Below are positions 40,322-51,900 of a DNA stretch of 64,000 nt, in pieces. Every line of letters begins with the position of its first letter. Position 1 is the first letter of the stretch. Source of the DNA: an uncultured Pseudobdellovibrionaceae bacterium (GTDB taxonomy: Bacteria > Bdellovibrionota > Bdellovibrionia > Bdellovibrionales > UBA1609); NCBI GenBank assembly GCA_963803705.1, contig CAWDNU010000001.1, positions 646,785 through 710,784 on the forward strand, given 5' to 3'. The position numbers and the translations under genes were made by a program. Below the pieces are notes generated by a model. The model was not told the origin of the DNA, made no database searches, and saw nothing but the letters and a program-made list of their open reading frames with translations.

Positions 40322-41617
40322 ATGAAAAAAATATATGTATATCTTGTGACTTTCTTTTTTGCTTTTAGCGTAAGTGCTAAGCCCGCCCAGTTAGTGGTGT
40401 ATTTTGATAGTAACAAATACACGCTAAGCGATTCTGAAATTCAAAAGCTGTCAATGATGCAATTTGATACTTCAAGATCGATTCTAGTTAGTGGGTATAC
40501 AGATAATGATGGCGACAAAGAGCACAATATTTGGCTAAGCCAAAAAAGAGCTGAAAGAGTCAGGGACTATCTTTTTATTAAAAAAAATATACCTTTAGCA
40601 AACATCACAGTTATTGGGTTTGGCGAAGATAAAACTAACCTTTCAAATGCCCTTCAGCGTAGGTCAGAGCTTTCATACAGCTCGACTGATATACTAGCAA
40701 AAAAAGAAACGAGTTTAAGATACCCTACTGAAGTGAATTTGGAAGATTCTAATGTTGAGTCTACAAACGAAAAAGCGACTGAGCAGCAAATTAGTGATGC
40801 CGCTTCTCAAAAAAGATTAATTAATTTAGAGCAACGAGTAAAAGACCTAGAGTCCATGCATTCAAACACCACTCTTACGGATTCAAATGCGAACACTGCT
40901 AATGGCGCTGACAAGAGCGAGCCTGAAAATGAAACCGATGATGAAGAAGATGTTTCAAAAGCAAAAAATCATAATAATAGCAACTCATGGTTCGATGGCT
41001 ATTCATTTCAATTGAAACTTAATTCGTACTCTGCGGATCAATCGGCATCTTTTGGTTCGGGGGCTTCTATTAATGAAATCTTATCTGACCCGCGTCTGTC
41101 GATAGAGCTTGATATTATAAAGCCAGTGAATAAAAACACTGACTTGATTCATCAAATTGGAATCAGATGGAATGAGTATTCAGAAGACTTAGATCTTTCT
41201 ATTGCCGAGAGTTGGACTGGTCTTGCATTTAAGACGAATACTGGTTTTGCTTTCAAGCATTACAAAGATTTTTACCAAAAAATAGATTTAGGATTCGAGC
41301 AAATGTTATCTCACACTGTAGATGGACTTGGCATCATAGATTTAGAGTTACAGCCAATTGTAAAATTTAACTATTTGGGGTTATTTAAAGTTTTTCAAAA
41401 TAGCAAATTTAATTTAGAAATTGGACCTAAGCTGGGCTATCTATATGGGATTTCAGACATCGAGGCAGGCTATTCGTTCGGGCTTAGTTTCAAATCATCT
41501 ATTGGTGTGCAACGTAAATATTTTGTTTATGGCTTGTACGAAAATAATAATTTTGATCAAGATATCAGAGACATAGAGGTTGAAACATTAGAGTTAGGAT
41601 TTGGATTTAATTTTTAG
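40322..41617 (+). CDS. OmpA-like peptidoglycan-binding domain plus C-terminal outer-membrane beta-barrel
   Basis: Signal peptide; VYFD..GYTDNDG...NIWLSQKRAERV...GFGE; acidic linker; alternating beta strands ending LGFGFNF. Confidence 0.8.
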   Translation: MKKIYVYLVTFFFAFSVSAKPAQLVVYFDSNKYTLSDSEIQKLSMMQFDTSRSILVSGYTDNDGDKEHNIWLSQKRAERVRDYLFIKKNIPLANITVIGFGEDKTNLSNALQRRSELSYSSTDILAKKETSLRYPTEVNLEDSNVESTNEKATEQQISDAASQKRLINLEQRVKDLESMHSNTTLTDSNANTANGADKSEPENETDDEEDVSKAKNHNNSNSWFDGYSFQLKLNSYSADQSASFGSGASINEILSDPRLSIELDIIKPVNKNTDLIHQIGIRWNEYSEDLDLSIAESWTGLAFKTNTGFAFKHYKDFYQKIDLGFEQMLSHTVDGLGIIDLELQPIVKFNYLGLFKVFQNSKFNLEIGPKLGYLYGISDIEAGYSFGLSFKSSIGVQRKYFVYGLYENNNFDQDIRDIEVETLELGFGFNF

Positions 41618-41703
41618 ACTAACGACTTGAAATCGGAGTTTGGTACACCGAAATCAATTAAATTTGATTTAAATTAGTGAGACTTGGTATAAAGTGAACC
41701 TCA

Positions 41704-43329
41704 ATGAGAAAAGCAAACTTACACCCGAAAGAGGCTGAAAGAATTCAGGCTCTGCACAAAATTAAAATACTTAATACCCCGGGTGAGCAGGATTTTGATG
41801 ATATTGCTCTGATTGCGTCCAAACTTTTTGATGTACCCATGGTTCTTATTTCTTTTGTTGGTGAATCTCGGCAGTGGTTCAAGTCAAAAATTGGTATAGA
41901 TATTTCAGAAACAGAACGGGACATTTCAGTATGCTCCCATACTATTTTGGAAGAAAAACCTTTGGTCATCAACGACGCTTCAAAGGACGATAGGTTTTTT
42001 GACAATCCACTTGTAACGGGCAAAATGCAGATAAGATTTTATGCGGGCTCGCAAATATTAGAGCCAGAGTCTAAGCTACCAATTGGCTCTTTGTGTCTGC
42101 TTGATTCTAAGCCAAGGGATTTTAGCAAAAGCGAATCTGAATCTTTAAATGCTTTAGCTAGGCAAGTGCAAACTCTTTTAGAACTAAAACTAAAATTTAT
42201 TGAGGTAGACAATACGTTGGCGCAAACAACGTTTCAAAGAATCGCTTTTAATAAAATGAGTGAGGGCGTTATTGTACAAAATAGACAGGGCCAGGTCATT
42301 GATTTCAACCCTAGCGCTTTGAGTATATTAGAAACAACGTCAAAAGATATATTAGATAAAAAATCTGAGGATAATTATTGGAACCCGACAAAAGAAGATG
42401 GAAAAGCTTATCCAATTGAAGAACATCCCCCTATGAAAACTTTGATAGGCGGGAAGCACCACAGTGGGTTGATGGGTCTAAATATAAAAGATAACGACAC
42501 TAAATGGATAAGCATGAATTCAAACCCAGTATTTATGAATGACTGCGACAAGCCAACGCATGTCGTAACCACCTTTTCAGATGTGACTGAGGATCGGCTG
42601 AATCAACAAAAACTTATACAGTCGGCCAAGATGACGTCCTTGGGTGAAATGGCGGGCGAGATTGCACACGAAATAAATACCCCACTGACTGTTTTAAGTT
42701 TAGCCACCCATCAAGTTTTAAAATCTCTGAAAAAAGATGAAATAGATAAGCCTTTTATTAAAAAAAAGATTTCGCTTGTTGACACCACAGTGCAACGTAT
42801 TTCTACGATCGTAAAAGGTCTACAGAGTTTTGTTAGACCTTCTGACAATGATCCCCAAGAGGTGGCTTCAGTCGAAAAAATTATCAAATCGGCATTGGCG
42901 ATTAGTAAAGATCGTCTAAAAGAGCTTGAGGTAGACATTAAATTTAAGATAGATGATGATTTCGAAGTCTACTGTGTACCAACGTTGATCACCCAAGTTA
43001 TCCTAAATCTTCTTAATAATTCACGTGACGCCATTGAATCTGACAAAAAGAAATGGATAAAAATTACAGCAATCAAAAAAAGGTCTAACGTTAAGATAAG
43101 TGTTGTAGACAGCGGTTTGGGTATTCCTAGTGATATTGCAGAGAAAGTGATGGAGTCATTTTACACCACAAAGCCGGCAGGAAAGGGAACAGGGCTAGGT
43201 TTAAGTATCAGCAAAAGTATAGTTGAATCCTTAAATGGAAGTATTTACTATAAAGAAGTTGAAGGTCACACCAGTTTTAGCATTGAACTGCCCATTTATA
43301 AAAAATTAAAAAAATTAGCATCTACTTAA
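41704..43329 (+). CDS. Cytoplasmic GAF-PAS sensor histidine kinase
   Basis: ERIQAL..ILNT..EQDFD, DDRFFDNPLV..IRFYAG (GAF); PAS; AHEINTPL; NSRDA; GTGLGL. Confidence 0.9.
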   Translation: MRKANLHPKEAERIQALHKIKILNTPGEQDFDDIALIASKLFDVPMVLISFVGESRQWFKSKIGIDISETERDISVCSHTILEEKPLVINDASKDDRFFDNPLVTGKMQIRFYAGSQILEPESKLPIGSLCLLDSKPRDFSKSESESLNALARQVQTLLELKLKFIEVDNTLAQTTFQRIAFNKMSEGVIVQNRQGQVIDFNPSALSILETTSKDILDKKSEDNYWNPTKEDGKAYPIEEHPPMKTLIGGKHHSGLMGLNIKDNDTKWISMNSNPVFMNDCDKPTHVVTTFSDVTEDRLNQQKLIQSAKMTSLGEMAGEIAHEINTPLTVLSLATHQVLKSLKKDEIDKPFIKKKISLVDTTVQRISTIVKGLQSFVRPSDNDPQEVASVEKIIKSALAISKDRLKELEVDIKFKIDDDFEVYCVPTLITQVILNLLNNSRDAIESDKKKWIKITAIKKRSNVKISVVDSGLGIPSDIAEKVMESFYTTKPAGKGTGLGLSISKSIVESLNGSIYYKEVEGHTSFSIELPIYKKLKKLAST

Positions 43330-43414
43330 TCGTAAACCAAAAAGATTTTTGATGGTTCGACCTATAAAGATAAGCGGGTGGCAGTCCTAAACTATCAGCA
43401 AAGTGCTTAGTGGC

Positions 43415-44224
43415 TCAGTTAGAGTTGTTTTTGTTAGGCATCTTAGAAATCATTAAAGCCATATCATTAAAAGTTTTTGCGACAGGATGCCCAGCGTTCA
43501 TTTGATTAAGAGGTACACCTGCTTCGCAGGCAAGACCAAGTTCAGTTTCAAATGGGATTTCAAATTTTTGCAAGTCGGTTTTGGACTTCAAAAATATGTC
43601 CGACTGGCCCTTAGGAAAAAGCTGCATTTTTTGATCCGTACCTGGGACTTTGAAATAAGACATATTTTCGACAAAACCTATGACTGGAATTTTAATTTGA
43701 TCAAACATGTCGAAAGCTTTCTTTGCATCTACAAGAGATAAATTTTGAGGTGTCGAAACAACTAACGCACCTAACACGGGTACTTTCTGAGCAACACTGA
43801 GTGCAATATCCCCAGTGCCAGGCGGAAGGTCTATCAGCAAATAATCTAGTTCACCCCAGTCCACATCCCTAAAAAATTGTTCTAAGGCTTTAAAAAGCAT
43901 GGGGCCACGCCAAACAACGGCTTGCCCTTCGTCAATCAAAAAACCCATGCTCATCAATTTTACGCCGTATTGATTTAAGGTTTTAATCTTTTGTGTCTCT
44001 TCATCGATCGGTGGCTTTTGATTTAGACAACCAAACAGCCTAGGAATGCTTGGGCCATATAAATCTGTATCCAAAACGCCTACTTTAAAATCCATCTGTT
44101 TTAAGGCGATTGCTAAGTGAGCAGTTACTGAACTTTTTCCGACCCCGCCCTTACCTGAACCTATCGCTATAATATTTTTAATTCCTGGTATAGGTTTTTG
44201 TTGATCGTAAGGATTTGTAGCCAT
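43415..44224 (-). CDS. mrp: Mrp/NBP35 (ApbC) Fe-S carrier ATPase
   Basis: SGKGGVGKS, DTDLYGPS, VWRGPM, DLPPGTGD, ENMS. Confidence 0.92.
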   Translation of the reverse strand: MATNPYDQQKPIPGIKNIIAIGSGKGGVGKSSVTAHLAIALKQMDFKVGVLDTDLYGPSIPRLFGCLNQKPPIDEETQKIKTLNQYGVKLMSMGFLIDEGQAVVWRGPMLFKALEQFFRDVDWGELDYLLIDLPPGTGDIALSVAQKVPVLGALVVSTPQNLSLVDAKKAFDMFDQIKIPVIGFVENMSYFKVPGTDQKMQLFPKGQSDIFLKSKTDLQKFEIPFETELGLACEAGVPLNQMNAGHPVAKTFNDMALMISKMPNKNNSN

Positions 44225-44376
44225 TTTGATTCTCCTGGAACTTTTGCAGTGAATGTGTTGCAGATTGACACTTTGTAAGCTCTTTTCTGCCTTAAAAACA
44301 AAATTCTGCAGTTGACTCAATTTTATTGGGCGCTGCAGCCATGACCTCTGTTGTAATCCAAAATAATATTATTGCA

Positions 44377-44802
44377 ATGGGAACATCTGATATAATTTTT
44401 TATCTAAGTTTAGGACTAGGTGGATTAGCGCTTTATATGTTGAAACCGTCTAAGCCAAAACATCCTACGCCACTAAAAATGAAAAATTTTAGCCCTAAAC
44501 GATCTTACTCTAAAAGGCAGCTCGCAGGCGCTAAGCCAGTTAAAGCAGAAGTGATGAGCAAAGAAGACATAACGGCAGTCACAGAGGTCACTCATATTCA
44601 AGGTGCAAGTTGGGCGTCGCCGATAGTGTTTGTAAGCGGTAAACCCATGGATGCATTTAGTGTCTTGGATCTACCAGCAGGTGCCCCGCTAAACCAGGTG
44701 AGAACGCAAGTGGCGGCACTTTTAGAACAGAAAAACACTGCTACAAAAATCAACTTAATCAAGAGAGCATACCAGGCGATTGTTGACGCCGATAAGGCCT
44801 AG
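44377..44802 (+). CDS. Membrane-anchored protein with degenerate J-domain-like C-terminus
   Basis: Single TM; DAFSVLDLPAGA...IKRAYQAI with no HPD; start uncertain (ORF opens at 44326). Confidence 0.5.
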   Translation: MGTSDIIFYLSLGLGGLALYMLKPSKPKHPTPLKMKNFSPKRSYSKRQLAGAKPVKAEVMSKEDITAVTEVTHIQGASWASPIVFVSGKPMDAFSVLDLPAGAPLNQVRTQVAALLEQKNTATKINLIKRAYQAIVDADKA

Positions 44803-44895
44803 TGCTAGCTCTTAAAACATTAATTATATTTATCTAAGTGTTTAATATCACTATTAATTGCCTCTAGCTTCAGAGGTATAATCCATGAGGTTTTA

Positions 44896-46293
44896 ATGGC
44901 CAATCCGGACAGCCCTTCAGAGGCGTCAGAAACAACTAAAAGCATAAAAAAGATCAGTCCCTTAGCAGATTTAGCAACTTTGGTTTCGTTGTCAAAACGC
45001 CGAGGTTTTGTATTTCAGAGCAGTGAAATTTATGGGGGCTTGAACTCCTGTTGGGATTACGGTCCGCTTGGTGCACAGCTTAAAAAAAATATCAAAGATA
45101 TGTGGTGGACTAAAATGACATCTCGCTTAGACGTGGTCGGTTTAGACGCGGCAATTTTGATGCACCCAAAAGTGTGGAAAGCTTCAGGTCATCTTGATGC
45201 ATTCACTGACCCCTTAGTGGATTGCAAGAATTGCAAGACAAGATTTCGAGAAGACAAAGCAGAAAAAAATGAAGACGGCAAAGTAGTATGCCCAAATTGT
45301 GAATCAGCAGACATTACAGAGGCTCGAAACTTTAACCTTATGTTCAAAACTCACATGGGTCCTGTGGATGACGACGGCGCAGTTGTGTACATGAGACCTG
45401 AAACAGCACAAGGTATTTTTGTAAACTTTGAAAATGTTAAAGAGTCCATGAGAAAAAAGATTCCGTTTGGAATTGCACAAATCGGAAAGTCATTTAGAAA
45501 TGAGATCTCACCAGGTAATTTTACATTTCGCATGCGTGAATTCGAGCAAATGGAAATGCAGTATTTTGTAAAACCTGGAACCGATGAAAAGTGGTTTGAA
45601 TATTGGCGCGAAGAAAGACGCGCGTTTTATACCGAGCTCGGTTTAAAAAAAGAAAATATTGACTGGCACCCTCATGGTCCAGATGAATTAGCCCACTACG
45701 CTAAAGCGGCTTTTGATGTTTATTATAAGTTTCCTTTTGGCTGGGAAGAACTAGAGGGTGTGCATAATCGTTCGGACTACGATCTAAAGCAGCATCAAGA
45801 ATTTAGTTCTAAAAACCTGCAGTATTTTGATGAAGCTGCTAAGGAAAAATATTTGCCCTACGTTATTGAAACAGCTGTTGGTGCAGATAGATTGGCTTTA
45901 GCTGTAATGTGTGATGCTTATCGTGAAGAAATATTGGATGTAGAAAAAAATGATATTCGAGTTGTAATGGGATTTGATCCTGGTATTGCGCCAGTACAAG
46001 TTTGCATACTTCCCCTTTCAAAAAAAGAGCCATTAGCAAATTTAAGCATGAAAATCTTTGAAGACTTAAATTCTAAATTTAGAATTCAATACGATGACTC
46101 TGGAAGTATCGGCAAACGCTATCGCCGCCAAGATGAGATTGGAACACCTCTTTGCATCACTGTTGATTTCGAGTCACTTGATGATGGCCAAGTGACTATC
46201 AGACACAGAGATAAAATGAGCCAGAAGCGTGTGAATATTGATGGGATTGGCGAAGGCCTAGGTCAATATTTAAAGGATTACCAACAGTTTTAA
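44896..46293 (+). CDS. glyQS: Glycine--tRNA ligase, homodimeric (alpha2) type
   Basis: [55 protein letters not shown]. Confidence 0.96.
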   Translation: MANPDSPSEASETTKSIKKISPLADLATLVSLSKRRGFVFQSSEIYGGLNSCWDYGPLGAQLKKNIKDMWWTKMTSRLDVVGLDAAILMHPKVWKASGHLDAFTDPLVDCKNCKTRFREDKAEKNEDGKVVCPNCESADITEARNFNLMFKTHMGPVDDDGAVVYMRPETAQGIFVNFENVKESMRKKIPFGIAQIGKSFRNEISPGNFTFRMREFEQMEMQYFVKPGTDEKWFEYWREERRAFYTELGLKKENIDWHPHGPDELAHYAKAAFDVYYKFPFGWEELEGVHNRSDYDLKQHQEFSSKNLQYFDEAAKEKYLPYVIETAVGADRLALAVMCDAYREEILDVEKNDIRVVMGFDPGIAPVQVCILPLSKKEPLANLSMKIFEDLNSKFRIQYDDSGSIGKRYRRQDEIGTPLCITVDFESLDDGQVTIRHRDKMSQKRVNIDGIGEGLGQYLKDYQQF

Positions 46294-46317
46294 GCCAGAC
46301 TACATAAGGAGATTCTT

Positions 46318-48990
46318 TTGGATCAGAGTAAAAAGTATTTATATTTTTTTTCAGAAAAAGAGACAGATGGTAGTGCCGCGATGAAAAATGTTTTGGGCGG
46401 AAAAGGGGCGAACCTGGCAGAGATGACTTCTATGGGAATACCTGTGCCTCCGGGATTTACATTGTGCACAGAGCTTTGTGAAATATACAATGATAATGGT
46501 CAGTCTTTGCCTGACTATATCAGAAATCAAATCACCGAAAGTATTTTGAAAGTAAATGATCTTTTGAACAAAGAATTTGGCAGCGAAACCAACCCGCTAC
46601 TTGTTAGTGTAAGATCGGGTGCAAGAGCTTCGATGCCAGGTATGATGGACACAATTTTGAATTTAGGATTAAACGACAAAACGGTTTTGGGTTTGGCTAA
46701 ACAGTCAAATAACCCGCGGTTTGCAAAAGACTCATACCGACGATTTATTCAGATGTATTCAAACGTAGTTTTGGGAATGAACCCATCTTTACTTGAAGTT
46801 TGTTTTGAAGATTTCAAAGCTGAAAAAAGTTATAAACTAGATACAGATATGTCAGAGTCCGACCTGGATAAGCTCATTGATATTTATAAAACGCAAGTCT
46901 CTGATTACACAGGACAGACTTTTCCTGAGGACCCTTGGGATCAGCTTTGGGGTGCGATTGGAGCAGTTTTTAAAAGCTGGAACAACTCAAGAGCCGTCAC
47001 TTACCGGGAACTCAATTCAATTCCGGCTGAGTGGGGCACTGGTGTGAATATACAGTCCATGGTTTTTGGCAACATGGGTGATGACTGTGCTACTGGTGTG
47101 GCTTTCACAAGGGACCCATCAACCGGCGAAAAAGTTTTTTTCGGTGAGTTTTTAGTGAATGCACAGGGCGAAGATGTCGTAGCTGGTATAAGAACACCTC
47201 AAGGTATTACAAAATCAGCTAGTTCAAAAGGCAGGTCCCTTGAGGAATTAATGCCTGATGCTTACAGTAAGCTTGTCCAGGTTTACCAACGTTTAGAGTC
47301 TCATTATAAAGACATGCAGGATCTAGAATTTACGATTGAAAACGGTCAGCTTTGGATGCTTCAAACCAGAAACGGTAAGCGCACGGCAAAAGCAGCTATA
47401 AATATTGCGCTTGATATGGTTAAAGAAGGACTGATCACAAAAGAAGAAGCTATTTTACGTATCGATCCATCAAGTTTAGATCAACTACTTCATCCAACTT
47501 TAGATCCGGACGCCGAAAAAACACTACTTGCGAGAGGGCTTCCTGCCAGTCCCGGTGGAGCGTGCGGACAAGTTGTGTTTTCAAGTGAAGATGCAAAGCT
47601 TGAAAAATCCAAAAGCCTTAAAACCATTTTAGTCAGAGTCGAAACTTCCCCTGAAGATATAGAGGGAATGATAGCTGCAGAGGGTATTCTAACAACCAGA
47701 GGCGGGATGACGTCCCACGCTGCTGTAGTTGCCAGGGGAATGGGTAAGTGCTGTGTTTCTGGGTGTGAAAGCGTGATAGTGGACTATCATAAGCAAGAGA
47801 TGAAAGTTAATGGCTATGTGATAAAAAAAGGTGACGTGATTACGTTAGATGGCGGCTCGGGTGAAATCTTTTTAGGCGAAGTAGCAACTAAGGACCCGGA
47901 TGTCGACGGAGCATTTAAAGAACTTATGCTTATGGCTGACGAGTTTAGAACTATGGATGTGCGTGCAAACGCAGACACTCCAAATGATGCAGCCATAGCT
48001 CGTAAATTCGGAGCCGAGGGAATAGGCCTTTGTAGAACTGAGCATATGTTTTTCGGTAAAAACCGAATAGATGCAATTCGAGAAATGATTGTTAGCGAGA
48101 CCTCTGAAGCTAGGAAAGCAGCATTGGACAAGCTACTTCCTTTTCAAAAACAGGATTTTTTCAATTTATTCTTAGAGATGAAAGGCTTACCCGTAACTAT
48201 TCGGCTATTGGATCCACCACTTCACGAATTTCTACCTCACAGCGATAGCGATATTGAAGACTTAGCCAAGAAGATTGAAATTAACCCTAAGAAGCTTAAA
48301 CAACGAGTTGAATCTTTACATGAGTTCAACCCCATGTTGGGTCATCGTGGTTGTCGCCTAGCCATCACTTACCCCGAGATTTACGAGATGCAAGCAAAAG
48401 CAATTGCGCTGGCCGCCTGCGAATTTAAAAAAGAGCATGGTCAAGACATTGTCCCAGAAATCATGATTCCTTTGGTTGGTGTCTTTGGTGAGCTGAAATT
48501 CTTAAGATCTTTGGTAGAAAAAACTGTACTTGCTACACAAGATCAGCAAAAAATTAAGTTTGATTACAAGATTGGGACCATGATCGAATTGCCTCGGGCC
48601 GCTATCACGGCGGATGAAATAGCAATTTATGCTGACTTTTACAGCTTTGGGACCAATGATCTTACGCAGACTACATTGGGTTTATCCAGAGATGACTCTG
48701 GTCGCTTTTTAAGCACTTATGTTTCCGAAGGCTTGCTTGAAAAAGACCCCTTCGTGACCATTGACCGAAAAGGGGTTGGCAAACTGGTCTCTCTTGGGGT
48801 TCAATTAGGACGTAAGGCTAAGCCCGATCTTAAGATTGGAATTTGCGGAGAACACGGTGGAGACCCTTCAAGTATCGAATTTTTTCAAAATGAAGGCTTG
48901 GATTATGTCAGTTGTTCCCCATACCGAGTTCCAATTGCAAGGCTTGCGGCTGCTCAATCGGCTTTGAATAAAAAGGGAGCTCTTCGTTGA
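46318..48990 (+). CDS. ppdK: Pyruvate, phosphate dikinase
   Basis: GGKGANLAEM, SVRSGARASMPGMMDT, GGMTSHAAVVARG, GLCRTEHMF, SFGTNDLTQ, GICGEHGG. Confidence 0.97.
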   Translation: MDQSKKYLYFFSEKETDGSAAMKNVLGGKGANLAEMTSMGIPVPPGFTLCTELCEIYNDNGQSLPDYIRNQITESILKVNDLLNKEFGSETNPLLVSVRSGARASMPGMMDTILNLGLNDKTVLGLAKQSNNPRFAKDSYRRFIQMYSNVVLGMNPSLLEVCFEDFKAEKSYKLDTDMSESDLDKLIDIYKTQVSDYTGQTFPEDPWDQLWGAIGAVFKSWNNSRAVTYRELNSIPAEWGTGVNIQSMVFGNMGDDCATGVAFTRDPSTGEKVFFGEFLVNAQGEDVVAGIRTPQGITKSASSKGRSLEELMPDAYSKLVQVYQRLESHYKDMQDLEFTIENGQLWMLQTRNGKRTAKAAINIALDMVKEGLITKEEAILRIDPSSLDQLLHPTLDPDAEKTLLARGLPASPGGACGQVVFSSEDAKLEKSKSLKTILVRVETSPEDIEGMIAAEGILTTRGGMTSHAAVVARGMGKCCVSGCESVIVDYHKQEMKVNGYVIKKGDVITLDGGSGEIFLGEVATKDPDVDGAFKELMLMADEFRTMDVRANADTPNDAAIARKFGAEGIGLCRTEHMFFGKNRIDAIREMIVSETSEARKAALDKLLPFQKQDFFNLFLEMKGLPVTIRLLDPPLHEFLPHSDSDIEDLAKKIEINPKKLKQRVESLHEFNPMLGHRGCRLAITYPEIYEMQAKAIALAACEFKKEHGQDIVPEIMIPLVGVFGELKFLRSLVEKTVLATQDQQKIKFDYKIGTMIELPRAAITADEIAIYADFYSFGTNDLTQTTLGLSRDDSGRFLSTYVSEGLLEKDPFVTIDRKGVGKLVSLGVQLGRKAKPDLKIGICGEHGGDPSSIEFFQNEGLDYVSCSPYRVPIARLAAAQSALNKKGALR

Positions 48991-51900
48991 GAATTAAAAA
49001 GTTAGAGATTTGCGGGTTCAAATCTTTCAAAGACAGAACAGTGATACATTTTGATGCTGGTATTACCGGCATAGTAGGACCAAACGGCTGCGGTAAATCA
49101 AATATTGTAGATGCATTGGTTTGGGTTATGGGTGAGATGTCTGCTAAGCATTTGCGCGGTTCTTCGATGGAAGACGTAATTTTTGCTGGATCGCAAGATT
49201 ATGCTCCTATGGGTATGTCTGAGGTCTCTTTAACTTTAGAAAATGATGGTGGTCCCTTTCCCGTTCAATATTTAAATCATAGCGAAGTAATGGTAACTCG
49301 GAGGCTTCACCGAGCAGGCGACTCAGAATATTTGGTCAATAAGGAACCAGCCAGACTTAGAGATATCCAAGAGATATTCATGGACACAGGTGCTGGGTCT
49401 AGAGGCTTCAGCATAATTGAGCAAGGTCAGATCGGCAAAATTATAACCTCTAAGCCTTCTGAACGTCGTGTGCTTATCGAAGAAGCGGCTGGAATCACAA
49501 AATTTAAAGTTAGAAAAAAGGAATCAGAGCGTAAGCTGAAAGCAACAGAGCAAAATCTTGTGCGTTTGGCCGATATCGTTACAGAGCTAAAAAGACAGTT
49601 AGACAGTTTGCAGCGCCAAGCAGAGAAGGCAGAGCGTTTCAAAAAAATAAAAGATGAAGTGACAGATAAAGAGATGTGGCTGTTTTCAACCCAATTCAAA
49701 GATTTAAAAATAAAACTTGAAGCTGTGATTGAAGAATATGGTGAAGCTCAAATTAAAGAGGCCGGTTTCGAAGGTCATTATCAAGGCTTACAGTCTAATT
49801 GGGAAGACTTAAAGACCCAACTTTCAGAAAAACAAACAGATATTGAAGATCAACAGATAGAATTTAAGAAAACAAATCAGACTTTATCTGAGCTGGAAAA
49901 ATCAATTCGCGAAGCCCAGTTTGAAATCGAGCAAGCCAAACGAAGCAAAAAGATGACAGGCGATTTCCTAGGCCAATACCAAGCTAGACAAGAAGCTCTC
50001 GCATCTGAAATAGAAACTATCGAGCAGAACTACAGCAGCGCTGTCGAAGCAGCCCAGCAAGCTGAATATGAATTTAATGAAAGCCAATCTTCCTTCGACG
50101 AGGCCATGGTTAAAATTAAAGCTAGTGAAGTAGAACTGACTGAAAAACGAAAACGTTTGATTCTACTGGAGCAAAGTCAAATTGGGGTCAGTACTAGAAA
50201 AGAATCACTAAATGATAAAGAACAAGATTTGCGTGAAGAAAAAGCGCGAATTGAACTTGCTCAAGATGATATTTTAAACCAAAAAAAAGAGTTTGAAAAA
50301 CGTCGCAATGGCATATTTAAAAATTTAGAGGCAGAGAAACAGCTTCAGTTGGACATGAGTAAAGACTTGGAAGTTCTAAAGGAAAATATTAGAATTCAAG
50401 ATAGCCACAAGTCAGAAAAAGCCGACGTATTTGAAAGATCTAAAGATGAGCTTTCTAAAGTCAGCTCGTTGTTATTTAGCTTAGAAAATTTACAGAAGAA
50501 CATGGAAGGCTATGGTGAAGGCGTCAAAGAGATGCTGCAATCTAACCAAAACCTAGGTCTGAAAACTCTAGCCGATGTGGTTGATGTGCCAGCAGACGTT
50601 GAACACATATTTTCAAGTGCTGTAGGCGTTAGAATCCAATCTTTAGTTTCACCAAATTTAAGCGAAGATCAAGTGATCCCCCTTATTCAAGATTTAGTCC
50701 GCGCTGACAAAGGTAAGGTTTCATTTCTTTCCAATAAGACTTATTCCAACACTAGTGAGTTTAATTCCTTGTCTGGTTTAACCGCTGATCTTTCAAAGGA
50801 CCCAGAGCTTTCCGAACCAAGTTTGCTAAGCGGTGTGAACACGCTGTTTGATTTGGTTGTTATTCAAGGTGCTTTTGAAAAAGCTTTAAAGCCTTTTCTT
50901 TCACAAATTTTTGTGGTTCAGGATTCAAAACAAGCAGATTTAATTTTGGAATCTAGAAGAGAAGCTTTATGTGTTACGACCGACGGTGCGGTTTATGACG
51001 CCTTAGGGTTTATAACTGGCGGTGCAGTTTCAGGTGCTGAAGCCTCTTTGATGCAAAGAAAACGTGAAATCAAAGAGCTGTCAGACAAAAAAGAGAAGCT
51101 AGAAGTACAAGTGAACCGTCTAAAAAATGAGCTTGATAGCCTAAGCGCAAGTATTGTCTCTATGCAAACTGAAATAGATTCAGCCAAAGAACTGACAACT
51201 TCAAAAGAGATTTCACTGGCTGGACTAAGAAAGGATTTCGAGCAAGCCGAATATGAACTTAAGAACGTTGAGCGTTCAGTAGAAAAACAAACTATAGCTT
51301 TCAGTGAAATTGCAGATCGTTGGGAAAAGCTAACTGGTGAATTAGCTACATTAGATAAAAAGCAAGACGAGGAACAAGACGAAATTGAAACATTGAATTT
51401 AAGCATAACTACTCTTGACGAAGAGTTTCAGTTAGTTTCTGAAGGAATCGAAGATCTAAGACAAAAATCTTTAGATGCTAAAATTGCATTTACGTCCCGA
51501 AATGAACAGAAAGAATCAATTAAAACGGCATTAGATAAGTTGGAAGCCTCGATAGCTGAAGTTGAAGGTGAAATTGAATTGATGGCCTCTAAGGCAGAGG
51601 CTTCAACTTCGGTCATGTCTGAAAATGAACTTTTAGTTGAAAAGCAAAAAATTGATTTAGAAAAGAAAATTTTGGCTACTGAAGAGATCAGTAAAAAGAT
51701 TGCGACCTTGAAAGATCAGTTTGAAGTTATCTATATCCAAGAAAAAGAAGCTTCAGAAAAAGTATTAAAAATTAATTTAGAAAAGAATCAATTACTTTCA
51801 AAAATTAAAGAATGCTTTATGGAAAAAGAGCAAATTGAAACTAAGATGGAACATCTTCAGCAACAGTCTGAAGAAAAATACCTAAAAAACTTAGACGATT

